Below, one piece after another: positions 14,553 to 27,761 of a stretch of DNA of 54,187 nucleotides. Under the pieces are notes generated by a model that saw nothing but the letters and a program-made list of their open reading frames with translations, had not been told where the DNA came from and did no database searches. The position numbers were made by a program, and so were the translations under genes. Location of the stretch: contig NC_069005.1 of assembly GCF_001194135.2 (NCBI RefSeq), positions 21,095,841 to 21,150,027 on the forward strand, written 5' to 3'. Origin of the DNA: Octopus bimaculoides (lineage: Eukaryota). Numbering within the stretch: position 1 is the first letter of the stretch; every line of letters starts with the position of its first letter.

Positions 14553-14761
14553 GTCTTTGTGCAGCTGAGGATTGCTCTGCATTTTTAAATTGATGTAATG
14601 ATTACATTGTTCAATTAAATGGAGTTGCATGAAACGATCGTACTGTACTACCTCTGGGTATCCTTGTTGCTTATTTTGATTTTAATCACCTTACTTTGAA
14701 ATTGTATGGATAATTCCGTACTAAATTCTGGTGCCTAAACATAAGTACCATATTCACCTGA

Positions 14762-14814
<53 letters not shown>

Positions 14815-14817
<3 letters not shown>

Positions 14818-15130
14818 TAACGTCCGCTTTCCATGCTAGCATGGGTTGGACGATTTGACTGAGGACTGGTGAAACCAGATGGCTACACCAGGCTCCAATC
14901 TGATTTGGCAGAGTTTCTACAGCTGGATGCCCTTCCTAACGCCAACCACTCAGAGAGTGTAGTGGGTGCTTTTACATGCCACCGGCACAAGGGCCAGTCA
15001 GGCGGTACTGGCAACGGCCACGCTCAAAATGGTGTATTTTATGTGCCACCCGCAGAAGAGCCAGTCCAGGGGCACTGGCAATGATCTCGCTCGAAAGTCC
15101 TTACACATGCCGTGGGCACAAGTGCCAGAA
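14815..15130 (-). mobile_element. RTE-tail SINE / LINE 3' end family with (GAT)n tail
   Basis: Reverse complement of ...CCATGCTAGCATGGAAAGCGGACGTTAAACGATGATGATG. Many copies, e.g. 5940-6335, 9900-10250, 10270-10385, 24800-25010, 37610-37890 and 48355-48580. Confidence 0.7.
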
Positions 15131-16543
15131 AGGTGTGCATGTTTGTGTCTTCTTGTCTTGCCTTAAAGTGAATGAATGTCATTCATTTCCATTATTCTGA
15201 AAAATCATGTCTGGCCATAGAGAAAATATTATGTTGCTTGGAAACAGATGAGGGTTGGTGACAGGAAGGGTGTCTAGCCATAGAAAATCTGTCTCAATAA
15301 ATTCTGTCAAACCCACTCAAACATGGAAAAAAAAACCGGATGTGAAATGATGATGATGATGAAAATCAAATCAACATTGCTGTTATAAATATAACGTACA
15401 ACTAGGATATAAAAAGAAAATAAGTGTTTATAAAAAATGTGTTCAGTAAAAATTTATACAAACAATAAAAAAGTATTGTAATAAAACGCAGTTAAGTTAG
15501 TTTCAGTGAAAAACATTTAGATGAAAATGTTTAGAGTGAGAAGGAAAGAAAAAAATGGAGAGTGTGGGTGGAAAGGCAAAAGTTAAACTAATGGGAAAGC
15601 AAGATATGTCATCTAAATATTTCGTAGCAAAGTAAACTAATTATTGAATGTGCATGACTCTGTGGTTAGAGTGTTGGGCTTACAATTATGAGGTCGTGAG
15701 TTCAATCCATAAACACCATTCTAAAGCAGACACTGAAGCTCAGTGCATTCCTTGAAACGCATTTCAGATCTGGTCAAACCATCCGACCCATGCCCGCGTG
15801 AAACATGGACATTTGATTATGATGATGATGATATGTATGTGTTGAGTGCCGTTTTCTTTCGCTTGTCGTCTCAGGAGTGGCTGTGTGGTAAGTAGCTTGC
15901 TTACTAACCACATGGTTCTGGNNNNNNNNNNNNNNNNNNNNNNNNNNNNNNNNNNNNNNNNNNNNNNNNNNNNNNNNNNNNNNNNNNNNNNNNNNNNNNN
16001 NNNNNNNNNNNNNNNNNNNNNNNNNNNNNNNNNNNNNNNNNNNNNNNNNNNNNNNNNNNNNNNNNNNNNNNNNNNNNNNNNNNNNNNNNNNNNNNNNNNN
16101 NNNNNNNNNNNNNNNNNNNNNNNNNNNNNNNNNNNNNNNNNNNNNNNNNNNNNNNNNNNNNNNNNNNNNNNNNNNNNNNNNNNNNNNNNNNNNNNNNNNN
16201 NNNNNNNNNNNNNNNNNNNNNNNNNNNNNNNNNNNNNNNNNNNNNNNNNNNNNNNNNNNNNNNNNNNNNNNNNNNNNNNNNNNNNNNNNNNNNNNNNNNN
16301 NNNNNNNNNNNNNNNNNNNNNNNNNNNNNNNNNNNNNNNNNNNNNNNNNNNNNNNNNNNNNNNNNNGTAAGTAGCTTGCTTACCAACCACATGGTTCCGG
16401 GTTCAGTCCCACTGGTGTCAGTAGTGATGGTGGTAATGATGATGATGATGATGATGATGGTGGTGAGGGTGTTGATGCTGATGATGATGATCATTATGTT
16501 GTATTTTACATCTGTTTTGTATTTTTCTTGTTTCTTCTTCCAG

Positions 16544-16668
16544 TCCAATCCCACAACGGTCAAGTTTGGTCATTACTATGACCTTAGCCAATATATGGAT
16601 GAAGACTTGGTGTCCAGTGCTGATGTAACACTCATCACTTCACAACAACTCTCTCAGCAACATTTACA
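16544..16668 (+). CDS. ELP4: ELP4 exon (125 nt; SNPTTVKFGHYYDLSQYMDEDLV...; phase 0/2)
   Basis: Acceptor tttcttcttccag; FGHYYD motif. Donor CA|gtaaca is weak but gives the phase 2 required by the next exon. Confidence 0.88.
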
Positions 16669-18372
16669 GTAACAACAAAACTATTCACTATTTTCTCTGT
16701 TCTTCCATGTTGTATGTGTGGGGAAGAGTGATTTATGATAAGTTGTATTCATTATTTCGCCCTCTGTTTCACTGTTTCATGTTAGGTATGTGTGTGGGTA
16801 GACTGGATCTATAAATTTACAGTAACAACAATATTCATTATTTGCCTTCTATTCTACTGCTTCATTTGTGTGGGTTTGTTGGCTCTGTAAATTTATGATA
16901 TCAACAACCTTGGCGGAGGTTGTGTTTATCTGTGATATTTTGCAGTTGGAAGTTTGTTAAGGCTGTTAGTGTACCCATAATGTTAATATGTATGGATTGA
17001 AAGATTCAGCAGGGTGTCTACCAAAATACCACATGGTATTTAGTTGTGTTCTTTTATGTTCTTGAGTACAAATCTCATCCAAGCTGATTTTGTCTTTGGC
17101 ACTTTCATGCTCATTTATATAAAGTACTGGGACTGGTGTAATTGACTGTATATTCTCTGGATGGTAATGTCATGTTCTCTCAGCATAAACCAGTTAGAAT
17201 AAAAGAGAAAAAATAATACAAGACATTCAATTCAAATTACGATGAAAGTAAACAAAGTTTGCTTTAGAAGCGTTGAGATGTATTGAAAGATAAAAAAATA
17301 ATTTTATTCTCAAATGCAGGATAATGCTAATAAAATAGCATGAACAGGATAAACTGTCCATATTTTGCAGGAAAATGTCCCATGGCTGGCCGCCGACACA
17401 TTTTTCTGCAAAATATGGGTAGTTTATCCTGTCGATGTTATATTATTAGCATTATCCTGTGTTTGAGAATAAAATTACTTCCTTATCTTTCAATACAAGA
17501 CATGCTTATTGTTGGTATTTAACCACAGGTCAGTGTTGATCTGGCAGACCGATCATCAAATGAGTTCCTGACATGGCCAGCTCATCTTTTTTTCTGACAC
17601 TGTATTTAGGGCTACATAATATAATGTGACCTGTATCCTGTCCAAACACATTATCTAACATCCTGTCTTTTGTTCAGACATATTGTATCTAAGCACCAAG
17701 TGAAGCTACCTAATGGCTAGGGTATTTCACTCATTGTTACAAAATCATAGATTTAATTTTTGGACTAGGCTCTATGTTGGGTCCTTGAGCAAGGCACTTT
17801 ATTTCATGTTGTTCCACCCTGCTCAACTTCCAAGTACTGTTGCGGCCCTCTTCCCCTCCAAACCTGTCACACCCTGGATATTCCACTGGGTCATGGGCAA
17901 GTTGTGCCAAGAGGGCACCTGTGTCTGCATGAAACTACACAGGCACCTAAAACAATTAGAAGAAGCATGGTACTTGTCACTAAGTCCTCCTCACTTACAA
18001 GTAACAGCTGCCTTTAGTGAATCTAGAATTACATTATCTACTTTATTTACTCACTGTGTATCTAGAACTATACTATTTAATGTGTTTTTTTTTTGCTTGT
18101 CTTTTATTCAAACAGTGTATCTAGGACTACTTTATTCAGTGTTTCATTTTATATCTAGGACTACTTTATTTAATGTGTCCTTTTACCTATCTTTTATTTA
18201 GACATAGATATGCTTGTTCAGAACTGACCTTGGGGTAATTTTCAATATAGTAAATTATCTAGTCTGGTTTCTCATTAACACATTGGTAATTGCTTAATTA
18301 CAATTTAATTAAAGCAGTTTCCTTCTACCATTTACTTCTAATTTGACTCATTTATTTTCTGATATTTTTCAG

Positions 18373-18515
18373 TGTGGAACCACCAGGTATTGAACCTAAA
18401 AACCTTGAGGTGTCAGCCTGTCTACAGTGTCTTCTTTTGAATATTCAACAACATATCCAAGATGGTCAGTTTGGTACTCAGGACCAGCCTGAGAAACACA
18501 ATGTCCTAAGAATAG
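18373..18515 (+). CDS. ELP4: ELP4 exon (143 nt; VEPPG...LLLNIQQHIQDGQFGTQDQPEKHNVLRI; phase 2/1)
   Basis: Acceptor atttttcag, donor G|gtgact. NVLRI corresponds to human NILRI, and the phase joins both neighbours. Confidence 0.9.
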
Positions 18516-19269
18516 GTGACTATCTTCCCTCATTCTGTGACTCTAAGAGGTTATTCTCTCGTTGTGTGACTATAACAGGGTATCTCCTCACCTTCCATGA
18601 CTATAACGGAGTATCATTAGGTGACTATGGCCAGGTATCCTCTCTCATTATGTGATTATAAAAGATATCCTTTCATAGGTCTGCTGGGGTCAGGGCTGAT
18701 GTGGGGATAAGCATCCTCCTCCTCATCATCATCATTATCATCCTGTTGCACCTCTTGTACAGATTCTTGTGTCTCTCTGTCACCATCCAATTCTGTTGTT
18801 CATCATATTCAGCTGGTCAGTGGGATTGCAGTTTACGTCACCAAAAATCTGCTTGGCATAGGTCTTGGTTTGTCATCCCCCCCTGGCTCTTCCTTGTGTA
18901 GGCTCCCGCAAAAGAACTTCACCAACAACTTTGTCTTTAGCTTTACAGCAATGCCCTGTGAATCTGACTCTACACACCTTGATGATGTCTGATACTGGAC
19001 AAAGGTTTCCTACAATCGCTCATTGGTCAAACAATCTCTCCAAGTGACATTCAAAAGCCAGTCTTAGCATGCAGGCTTAAGCTTCATCCAGTCTTCTTTC
19101 CAGTTTTGAGGTAAGGGTCCACGCTGAGCATCCTTGTAATAGAACAGAAGTAGCAGTTTGCTTGAAAGAAGCTCCTTTCCATGTTGTCTGATAGTCTAGA
19201 TTTCCACAACAGTGATAGCTTGTTGACGCTACCCTACGCCTTACCAATGTGTGTGTTTACATTGCTTTT

Positions 19270-19790
19270 GCAACTAGAGATTTTAATACCCAAATAAGTA
19301 AATTTGGATTTTTTCTGTTTGGCCACACCTGTGGAAATTTTTAACTTTAGTGAAAATTAAAAAATTTGGTGTATTGATGTAATTTTTCATGCTGAATCTC
19401 AGGAGATAATTCACCCCCCCCCCCCCAAATTTTTAAAAAAAGTTACACAGGTTTAAAGTTTGATAATTTTTACCCAGTCAGAAAACATGATTTAGAAGCT
19501 ACAATTTTGTGCTTCACTGCACATATTGCCAACTGTAAATAAATAACCACTTCATACCTTGTGTTTTAAGCATTTGATAAGTGAAAAATGACCACGTAGG
19601 TAAGCAGCTTGGTAACAGCTTGGCTTATTACTAAGGAAACAGGCACTTATATGTTTGCAGCTTTCGATTGGCTAAAATTACCCAAAATTTGCAAATTTTA
19701 AAAGCTATTAACTCTTTGTGAATTGATTTATGGTGAAAATGAATTTCATGTCAATGATTACCATGCCAAACTACATCATCACGCTAAATA
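19270..19790. mobile_element. Unclassified DNA-transposon-like dispersed repeat
   Basis: 19625-19750 matches the reverse complement of about 50730-50875 (TTGCAAATTTT.GGTA.TTTTAGCCAATC.AAAGC...CTGTTTCC.TAGTAA). Confidence 0.45.
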
Positions 19791-19959
19791 TGAGATCAAC
19801 TGGAACAAAAATTGAAAAAAATTGAAAAGTGGCAGCCAAACAGAGAAGATCCATAAATTCTTCTACACATTGGAGAAGTGTGCCAGGCATTGTTTTGATC
19901 ATTCCATTTAGATTTAAGCCTATGTATTCTGTTTTGTTTGCATTAGCAACAACCAGGGG

Positions 19960-20360
19960 AAAAGGACACATTAGATAATGTAGTGCTAAATAGACTGTAA
20001 GGTCTATGACTGTATGTTCATAGCAGGAAGATCTGTTGGATCGGGTCCGACCTGGACTAAACAACGTGTCCCTCTTTATTGTTTAGGGGGGACACATTAA
20101 ATATAATATATTCTTAGATACACTATGTCTGAATAAAAGACTGAATGGCCACAGCTGGAATGTCTTTGATCATAAGGAATAAGGAGACTTACTGTGAGCT
20201 ATACAACAACTCTAACCACCAATGCTAACTAACTATACTGTACTTTGATTAGTGTCATCCTAGGTACATGTGTCTGAATACAATGCAGGATATTCTTGAC
20301 TATAACATCTTTGATTACTGGTCTGATAGATCAGAGCTGACCTGGGGTTAAACATCAGCA
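19960..20360 (+). mobile_element. (AAC)n-tailed retroposon-like repeat family
   Basis: GGACACATTAGATAATGTAGTCCTAGATACA...TTTGATCAT...GCTGACCTGGGGTTAAACAAC. Other copies at about 7600-7900, 17520-17700, 18020-18235 (-), 29480-29800 (-), 37140-37600 and 47930-47990. Confidence 0.6.
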
Positions 20361-23300
20361 ACATTATGCTATTCCACTCCATCATATTGCTCTAATGTAG
20401 TCTAAAATAAATGTGAAGGCACGTGGCTTAATGGTTAGGGTATTCGGCTCATGATTGTGAAGTCGTGAGATCAATTCCTGGTGATGTTCATTTCATGTTG
20501 CTGCAGTCCACTCAATTGGCAAAAATGAGTAGTATCTGTATTTCAAAGGGCCGGCTTTGTCTCACTCTAAGTCATGCTGGATCTCCCTGAGAACTATGCT
20601 AAGGGTATTCATGTCTGTGGAGTGCTCAGCCACTTACTCGTTAATTTCAAGAGCAGACTGTTCCAACCCATACCAGCATGAGGAGAGCGGACGTTAAATG
20701 ATGACGATAATGATTATGATAATAGCAAAATATCAAATTTCTCAAGATGATGTGTAGTTAGAATTCTTGTTGCTGTTGTTTATTCACTAAGAATAAGCAA
20801 GGCCGAAAAGTGGATGTCATTTAAGCATCTTGTGGCAATTGTTCTAGCTCTCTGCTCTGCGAGTTCGAGTGTGTAATAAACCTTGTATTAAGTTATTTTG
20901 GTGGCATGTCTCCTATTTCTAAGATGATAGAGTGTAGTTTATAGGTTAATTTGACAACAATTTGCAGCAAAGTGAACAATCTATCAGAGGACGCCTCTGG
21001 CTCATAATTTAGGTGATTTCAAGGGAGATAACTCCGACATATAGACGTATACTTGGGTTTCCATGGACGATCTCGTTCGTGACTCCAGAGTTCTAGCTTG
21101 TTGCAAGTTGTATTACTTATATATTACCACAATTTATCTGAATGTTAAGAGGAATAACACATCCTTCTAAAACATGAGGGAACGTTAACTGTGTAATTCT
21201 GGGCTCCTATCCTGGAGGAGAGCTATTATCTCAGTGGTAGAATACATTGTCTCAAGCTACTTAGCTGTTAGAAGGAATATCTACAACTAGATCAGTATAG
21301 GATTTTATTTATAATAGACTAGTGACCTATCCAGGTTGAGGTTCATCTCTCATTGCACTTAAACACCCCAAAACCCGAGGCAAGAGCTGGCTTTTTTAAA
21401 TATACTTTCAAATTGAAGAAGATTCTTTTATTTTTTACTTGTTTCAGTCATTAAACTGTGGCCATGCTGGGGCTCTACCTTGAAGAATTCTTGGTCAAAT
21501 GAATCAACCAGAGTACTTTTTTCTTAAGCCTGGTACTTATTCTGTTGGGCTCTTTTGCTGAACTGCTAAGTTACAGATATGTAAACACACACACACATAT
21601 TTATATCATTTGATCACATGACCATTCAGACTATCAGATGTTGTTACACATTGCTGGTCACAGTGTGCTTTGCATTGTTTTTTAGCCATCAAATGATGCC
21701 ACCCCCCTGGCTAGGTGAGCAGGCCAACACTCCCCCATCCCCTGATCAAAGGAAGGCTGGAACAACATGAAATGAAGTGCTTTGCTTAAGGACACAACGC
21801 AACGCCCAGTCTGGAAATTGAATCCATGATTGCTAGATTGTGAATGCAACAACCTAACCACTAGGCCACACGCCTTCACACATATATATATGCAATGGGC
21901 TTCTTTCAGTTTCCATCTACCAAATCTACTCATAAGGCTTTGGTCAGCCCAAGGCTATGGCAGAAGACCCTTGCCTAAGCTTCCATACAATGGGACTGAA
22001 CTCAGAACCATGTGGTTGGGAAGCGAGCTTCTCACCACACACCCACACTTTTTTATTCATTTATGTTACATAAGTTACTCTAAATTTAACTGACCCTATC
22101 TCCTCTACCATGTTGTTTAAACCTAGGTTTTCACTGACCAAGAAGACCTTATTGAAGACGTTTCAGCCATGGCCATCCCATCAGTTCTTTAGACATATCA
22201 CGCCATTGCACTCTTTAAGGTGGTAAAGAAGTCTGAGTGAGATTTTGCTATTATTTATTGCAGGTCAAGACTACATAGGCACTTGGTACAGTGGTCAGGC
22301 TGTTGCATGCATTCTTACGATTGTGGTTGCAGTTCCGAGGCCAGGCAATACTTTTTTCATCAAAATACTTCATTTCACATCGATCCAGCTCATTCAGTTG
22401 TAAATACATTCCAGCAACAGTTGGGAAGTTAATCCTGCGACAGACCGACATCCCATTCAGGAGAAAGTATTGTCATCTCAGTCACTTTTATGTCATGGAA
22501 ACTGGCTTAATCCTCTAACATTCAGATTACTGAGCCAAAAGTAGAAGGTAAAGACCCCCTTCGGTCATGAATGACCATGGGATTGCATCTAGAAATGTAC
22601 CCTCCACGGCACAAGTCCAGGCAAGTTTGTTTGTTGAAGACCAGATGTCACCCATGCATACCAGTCTCCCATCTCCATGCCACCAATGTTATCCAAGGGA
22701 AAGGCAAAGATTGATACAGTTTGGCATCAGTAATGTTGCAACTCGTTTCTACAGATGAGTAGCTTTGTGGTAAGAAGCTTGCTTCTCAACTACATGGTTT
22801 AGGGTTCAGTTCTACTGTGTGACACTTTGGGCAAGTGTCTTCTGCTGTAGCTTTGGGTCAACCAAAACCCTGTGAGTGGATTTGGTAGACGGAAACTGAA
22901 AGAAGCCTGTTCTGTGTGTGTGTGTTTGTGTTTATGTCTGTGTTTGTTTCCCCATCATCACCACCACTTGACAACCAGTGCTGATGTGTTTACATCCCTG
23001 TAACTTAGCAGTTTGGTAAAAGAGACCAATAGAATAAGTACCAGGCTTTAAAAAAACAAATAAGTACTGGTGTCGATACATTCTTCTAAAAATTCTTCAT
23101 TAGACTGCAGCCATGAGGTGCCCCAGCATGGTTGCAGTCTAATGACTAAAACAAGTGAAAAAAAAAAAAAAAGATTGGTTAGCATAATCCCAGATGGTTC
23201 TAGAAAACCAGGTGGTCATGCTTGGAACATCTTTGATCATAGGTCTCCTCTCTGTGTTGATCTGAGATTAAACACCAACACCACTGCCAACAATGGTAAC

Positions 23301-23361
23301 GAATATAAATTCCAATTTTTATGTTGTTGTGATGAATTTTTCTGTTTTAATCTTTTTCCAG

Positions 23362-23531
23362 CAATCCCATCTTTGGGTTCTCCACTCTGGGGCAATTTAA
23401 AGACAAGTGAATCAGATGGTTTACTATCTGTAGTTGACACTGACCTTCTGCGCTTCCTACTTGCTTTAAGGGCCATTTTAAGATCATCCTTTGCTGTGTG
23501 TATGGTAACTGTACCTTCACTCATAATGGAG
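23362..23531 (+). CDS. ELP4: ELP4 exon (170 nt; AIPSLGSPLWG...LLRFLLALRAILRSSFAVCMVTVPSLIME; phase 1/0)
   Basis: Acceptor tctttttccag, donor GAG|gtaagt; LGSPLWG motif. Confidence 0.96.
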
Positions 23532-24179
23532 GTAAGTTAAGGACATTTTGTAACCAGTTTCTCCTCTCACTCATCCATTACACTGTCTAACAAAATCAAA
23601 TTTTTTTTTCTTGTCTTTGGTCAGTAAGTGTTATTTCATATTTGCTTCTAAACAGAAATCAAAGGAAATGACTATTATTCCCTTCAAACCTTGCTTTTCT
23701 CACCTGAACATCAATGTTTTGAAACTGGCCTATTTTCCATTACATTTCAGACAGATTCAGTGCCGAGTTGCTGAAGCAGGAATATTGTTATAACAAATAT
23801 TCTGCTCAATACCACAGATTTGCTTGTCAGTTACTTGACCTTAACCACTTGAGTCTGTCCCTTAGTGGCTGACAACATGTGCATCTCTGATCATGAGCAG
23901 GAGTAGTGGGGGAGCATCGTAGCCATGTGCTGAGAGGGATTCTTTGGGGTTTGAATAAATGTAAGCAAAGCAAAGTTTTAAGGAAATATTGGCCATTTTT
24001 CACACTTTCTAGGGGTAAGGAAATAGGAAATAATAGTTGCTATCCAAGGACAAAAATTGTGTTACACAATGTTATGAGTGATTACTTTCTGCTTCCCATA
24101 CCATGGAAATGAATTAAGGAAATTAAGGACAGATTCTACATTCATTGATTGTAGAGTTAAGTTAAAACCTCTTTCTAAC

Positions 24180-24500
24180 TTCACTCATCACAGAGGTTAC
24201 AGGACACATTAATTTACTTTAGACACCTCTCACCACCTCTCTATATAAATTCATCAACATATCTAATGCCCACTGTATTATGATAATTATCCAATCTTAA
24301 GCAAGACACACCACTCTGTATAAATGTATCAACATATCTAATACCATCAGTATTATGATAATGAATACATTTAACCTTAGACAAGGCACACTACTCTACT
24401 CTACGTCAATATATCTAACACCATTATCATGGTGACAACTGAAGTGTTAAACCTTAGGTAAGATACTCCATTCTGTTTAGATACATCAGCATGTTTCACC
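24180..24500. repeat. Degenerate 70-80-bp tandem repeat just upstream of an ELP4 exon
   Basis: Recurring CCTTAGACAAG.CACAC.ACTCT...TCAACATATCTAA..CCA...TATTATGATAAT units (about 4). Confidence 0.65.
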
Positions 24501-24554
24501 TGATGTTATTATAATTCTAAAATGTTAATCAAGCAAAAACTTCATTTTCTACAG

Positions 24555-24663
24555 GATGCTAATTTTATCCACAAAATTGAACGACTCTGTGATACTGTTG
24601 TGCATTTGGAGAGTTTTGCTGGTTCCAGCCGCAGCGAGAACCCTTTGTATAAAGAATATCATG
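24555..24663 (+). CDS. ELP4: ELP4 exon (109 nt; DANFIHKIERLCDTVVHLESFAGSSRSENPLYKEYH; phase 0/1)
   Basis: Acceptor ttttctacag, donor G|gtttgt; LESF..NPLYKEYHG motif. Confidence 0.96.
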
Positions 24664-26347
24664 GTTTGTATCCGAAGAATATCATCTTCACCTCTCATCC
24701 ACACACACATACACACACTTACATCAAGAGAAATTTCATGCGGTCATTAGACCAAGCTGCCCAAGTAACCGTCTAGTTAAACAACACATTCACTATTATT
24801 TAGTGCCATGTATAAAGCACCAATGGTGGTGCCATGTAAAGAGCACCCAGTACACTCTGTAAAGTGTTTGGCATCAGGAAAGGCATCCAGCTGTAGAAAC
24901 CATGCCAAAACAGAACATGGAACCTGGTGTGGCCCTTGGCCTTGCCAGTTCCTGTCAAGCCAGTATGGAAAACACACTTTAAATGCTGTTGATGATGATG
25001 ACGATGACAATGGTTTTACCTTCCACTTTTCCATGCTTGCATGAAACTTTGTTGTGGTAGATTTTTTGCCTGGCCGGATGCTCTTCCTGTCACCAACCTT
25101 CAACCTCTTTCCAAGTCAAGTACTATTTCCTCAAGTACCTTTTGAGTAACAAACAGCTCAGTAGCTGAACATGCTTTTGAAGATAATTGTGTAAAATAAG
25201 ACTAGTTGTATGATAATGACTTTTGTTTGTAATTAAGATGCTAATATCAGCATGCACATGTGCACACACATGCATGCGTATATGTGACACATGCAAACAC
25301 ACACACACATGCAAATACACACGCATGCAAACAGACGCATGCACACACACATGCATACAAACTCACACACAGGATTCTTTTAGTTTTTATCTCCCAATTT
25401 CACTAACGAAGCATTTGTCAACACTATCCATATGGTGGAAGCAAACCCTGAATCACATGATTTCAATGCAAATGTCTAAACCACATAACCATGACTACAG
25501 GTATTGTTTAAAAATAAAACACTTTAGTTAAGGTATTCCTAGGTAAACTGTAGTAAACATAATTCTAATTCAAAAGTCAGTAATTTTTGGATAGAAGTGT
25601 AGTTGTGTAGATTAAACTTTTTTAATATTTTGGTAATTAATAAGGCAGTGAGCTGGCAGAATAATTAGCATGCCAGGCAAAATGCTTAGTGGCATTTTGT
25701 CCGTCTGAGTTCAAATTTCGCCTTTCATCCTTTCGGGGTCAATAAAATGAGCACCAGTTGAGTACTGTGGTCAATGTAATTGAGATACCCTTTTCCCCTG
25801 GAATTGCTGGCCTTGTGCCAAAATTTGAAATCAGTATTTTGGTAGTTAATTGGGGCGATGAGCTGGCAGAATCATCAGCGTGCCAGATGAAATGCTTAGC
25901 AGCATTTCATCCATTTTTGTTCTGAGTTCAAATTTCACCAAGGTTGACTTTGCTTTTCATCTTTTCACGGTTGATAAAATAAATACCAGTTGAACACTAG
26001 GGTCAATGTAATTGACTTACCCTGCTCCCCTGAAATTGCTGGTGTTGTGCTAAAATTTGAAATCAATATTTTGGTACTTAATTCTATCAATCCTGGAAGA
26101 TAAAAATGAATAATTTACACAAGCAGGATTTGAACTCATATATTATAACAAAGATCTCTAACACATACACAATACCATGAATATTGTGGCGGATACAGTT
26201 AATTTAATAAACCTACGTTTTTGACTTGATGTATAATAAACCCTAGAGTATAAAAGGTGAAGTTAATGGTGGCAGAGTGTTTTAAAATCAGAATGCAAAG
26301 AGCTGTAAACAGCTTACTTCTCCCATCTACTTCCCTAAATATTGCAA

Positions 26348-26746
26348 GGCGCAGAAGTGGCTGTGTGGTAAGTAGCTTGCTTACCAACCACATGGTTCCG
26401 GGTTCAGTCCCACTGCGTGGCACCTTGGGCAAGTGTCTTCTACTATAGCCTCGGGCCGACCAAAGCCTTGTGAGTGGATTTGGTAGACGGGAACTGAAAG
26501 AAGCCCATTGTATATATATATATATGTTTGTATGTATATGTTTGTGTGTCTGTGTTTGTCCCCCCAACATCGCTTGACAACCGATGCAGGTGTGTTTACG
26601 TCCCCATCACTTAGCAGTTCAGCAAAAGAGACCGATAGAATAAGCACTAGGCTTACAAAGAATAAGTCCTGGGATTGATTTGCTCGACTAAAGGCGGTGC
26701 TCCAGCATGGCCACAATCAAATGACTGAAACAAATAAAAGAATAAA
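26348..26746 (+). mobile_element. tRNA-derived composite SINE, family A (well-preserved copy)
   Basis: Head GGCGCAG.AGTGGCTGTGTGGTAAG...GGTTCAGTCCC (A/B-box-like), GGCACCTTGGGCAAGTG core, internal (TA/TG)n and tail ...AAATGACTGAAACAA. More than 15 copies, e.g. 1636-1850(-), 4215-4395(-), 4660-5030, 21425-22040(-), 22760-23160, 29075-29370, 36645-37030(-), 38650-39005(-), 47213-47375 and 52266-52727. Confidence 0.85.
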
Positions 26747-26873
26747 AGAAAGGACATTTTGTGTGATGCTCTTCTGATGCTGGCACCCGTTATCCTTCTC
26801 GGAGTCAATAATGAAATACTACAATCGTATATATTGCTGTCTCCTAATGCTTTTTCTCCATGTCTTCCTGCAG

Positions 26874-26980
26874 GTTTGTTCCATGTTAAGCAATTACCAA
26901 AATTAAATGCAATCAGATGCCAAATGCCAGACACAACAGACTGGGCTTTTAAACTGAGACGTAAGAAGTTTGTAATTGAG
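26874..26980 (+). CDS. ELP4: ELP4 exon (107 nt; GLFHVKQLPKLNAIRCQMPDTTDWAFKLRRKKFVIE; phase 1/0)
   Basis: Acceptor tcttcctgcag, donor GAG|gtaaga. Confidence 0.96.
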
Positions 26981-27634
26981 GTAAGAGACTTGCGGCCTTG
27001 TTCTACTAGTCTGTCACATTACTTTATTACACTGCAGGTATTTTGTCACACTATCGTGTAACACTACATTGTAACACTATACAGTTACCTAATATTCTCA
27101 CACTCCCTTGTTACAACACCTTGGTAAGTTACATTGTTACATCCCATTGCAATACTACCTTGTTACATCCCATTGCAATACTACCTTGTTACACTTCATT
27201 GTTACATTACCTCATTACACAACCTTGTCAAGCAACATTGTTTCATCACATTGTAACTTGAAGTTGTTACAAGCTTGTTACACTATCTTGGTTAGGATGA
27301 GCCAAGGGAGCATCAGAATTGGTGTTTCTCAACCATTTTTTATCTACGGAACAATTTTATTCCAATTTTATTCAAATGGATCTTCATATTGTTTAGCAAA
27401 ATGCTTAGTGGCATTTCGTCTATCATTACGTTCTGAGTTCAAATTCCACTGAAGTTGACTTTGCCTTTCATCCTTTCTTGGTTGATAAAATAAGTACCAG
27501 TTGATCAATGTGGCCAATGTAATCAACTCACCCCCAACTCTGAAATTGCTGGCCTTGTGCCTAACTTTGAATCCACAATTAAATATTATGAGGAATTGTA
27601 TTAAAAAAATTGTTAAAATATTTTGTGTATTGTA

Positions 27635-27761
27635 CAGGGTGTCCACAAAGTCTGTCTACATGGAGTAAATGAAATCATAACATAAACAATTAAATATAAG
27701 ACATAATAATTTCTTAAAGTATGTGTTCATCCTCATGTACCCAGACTTTGTGGACACCCTG
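27635..27761. mobile_element. Tc1/mariner MITE (127 bp)
   Basis: TA|CAGGGTGTCCACAAAGTCTG...CAGACTTTGTGGACACCCTG|TA: perfect 20-bp TIRs and TA TSD. Confidence 0.9.

Noticed and set aside
20753-20959. LTR-like stretch (TG start, AATAAA, ACAACA end)
   Set aside because: No target-site duplication or matching termini could be fixed, so it is left unclassified.
21222-21245. tRNA A-box-like TCTCAGTGGTAGA
   Set aside because: No B box or cloverleaf follows. SINE heads elsewhere are likewise tRNA-derived but are not tRNA genes.
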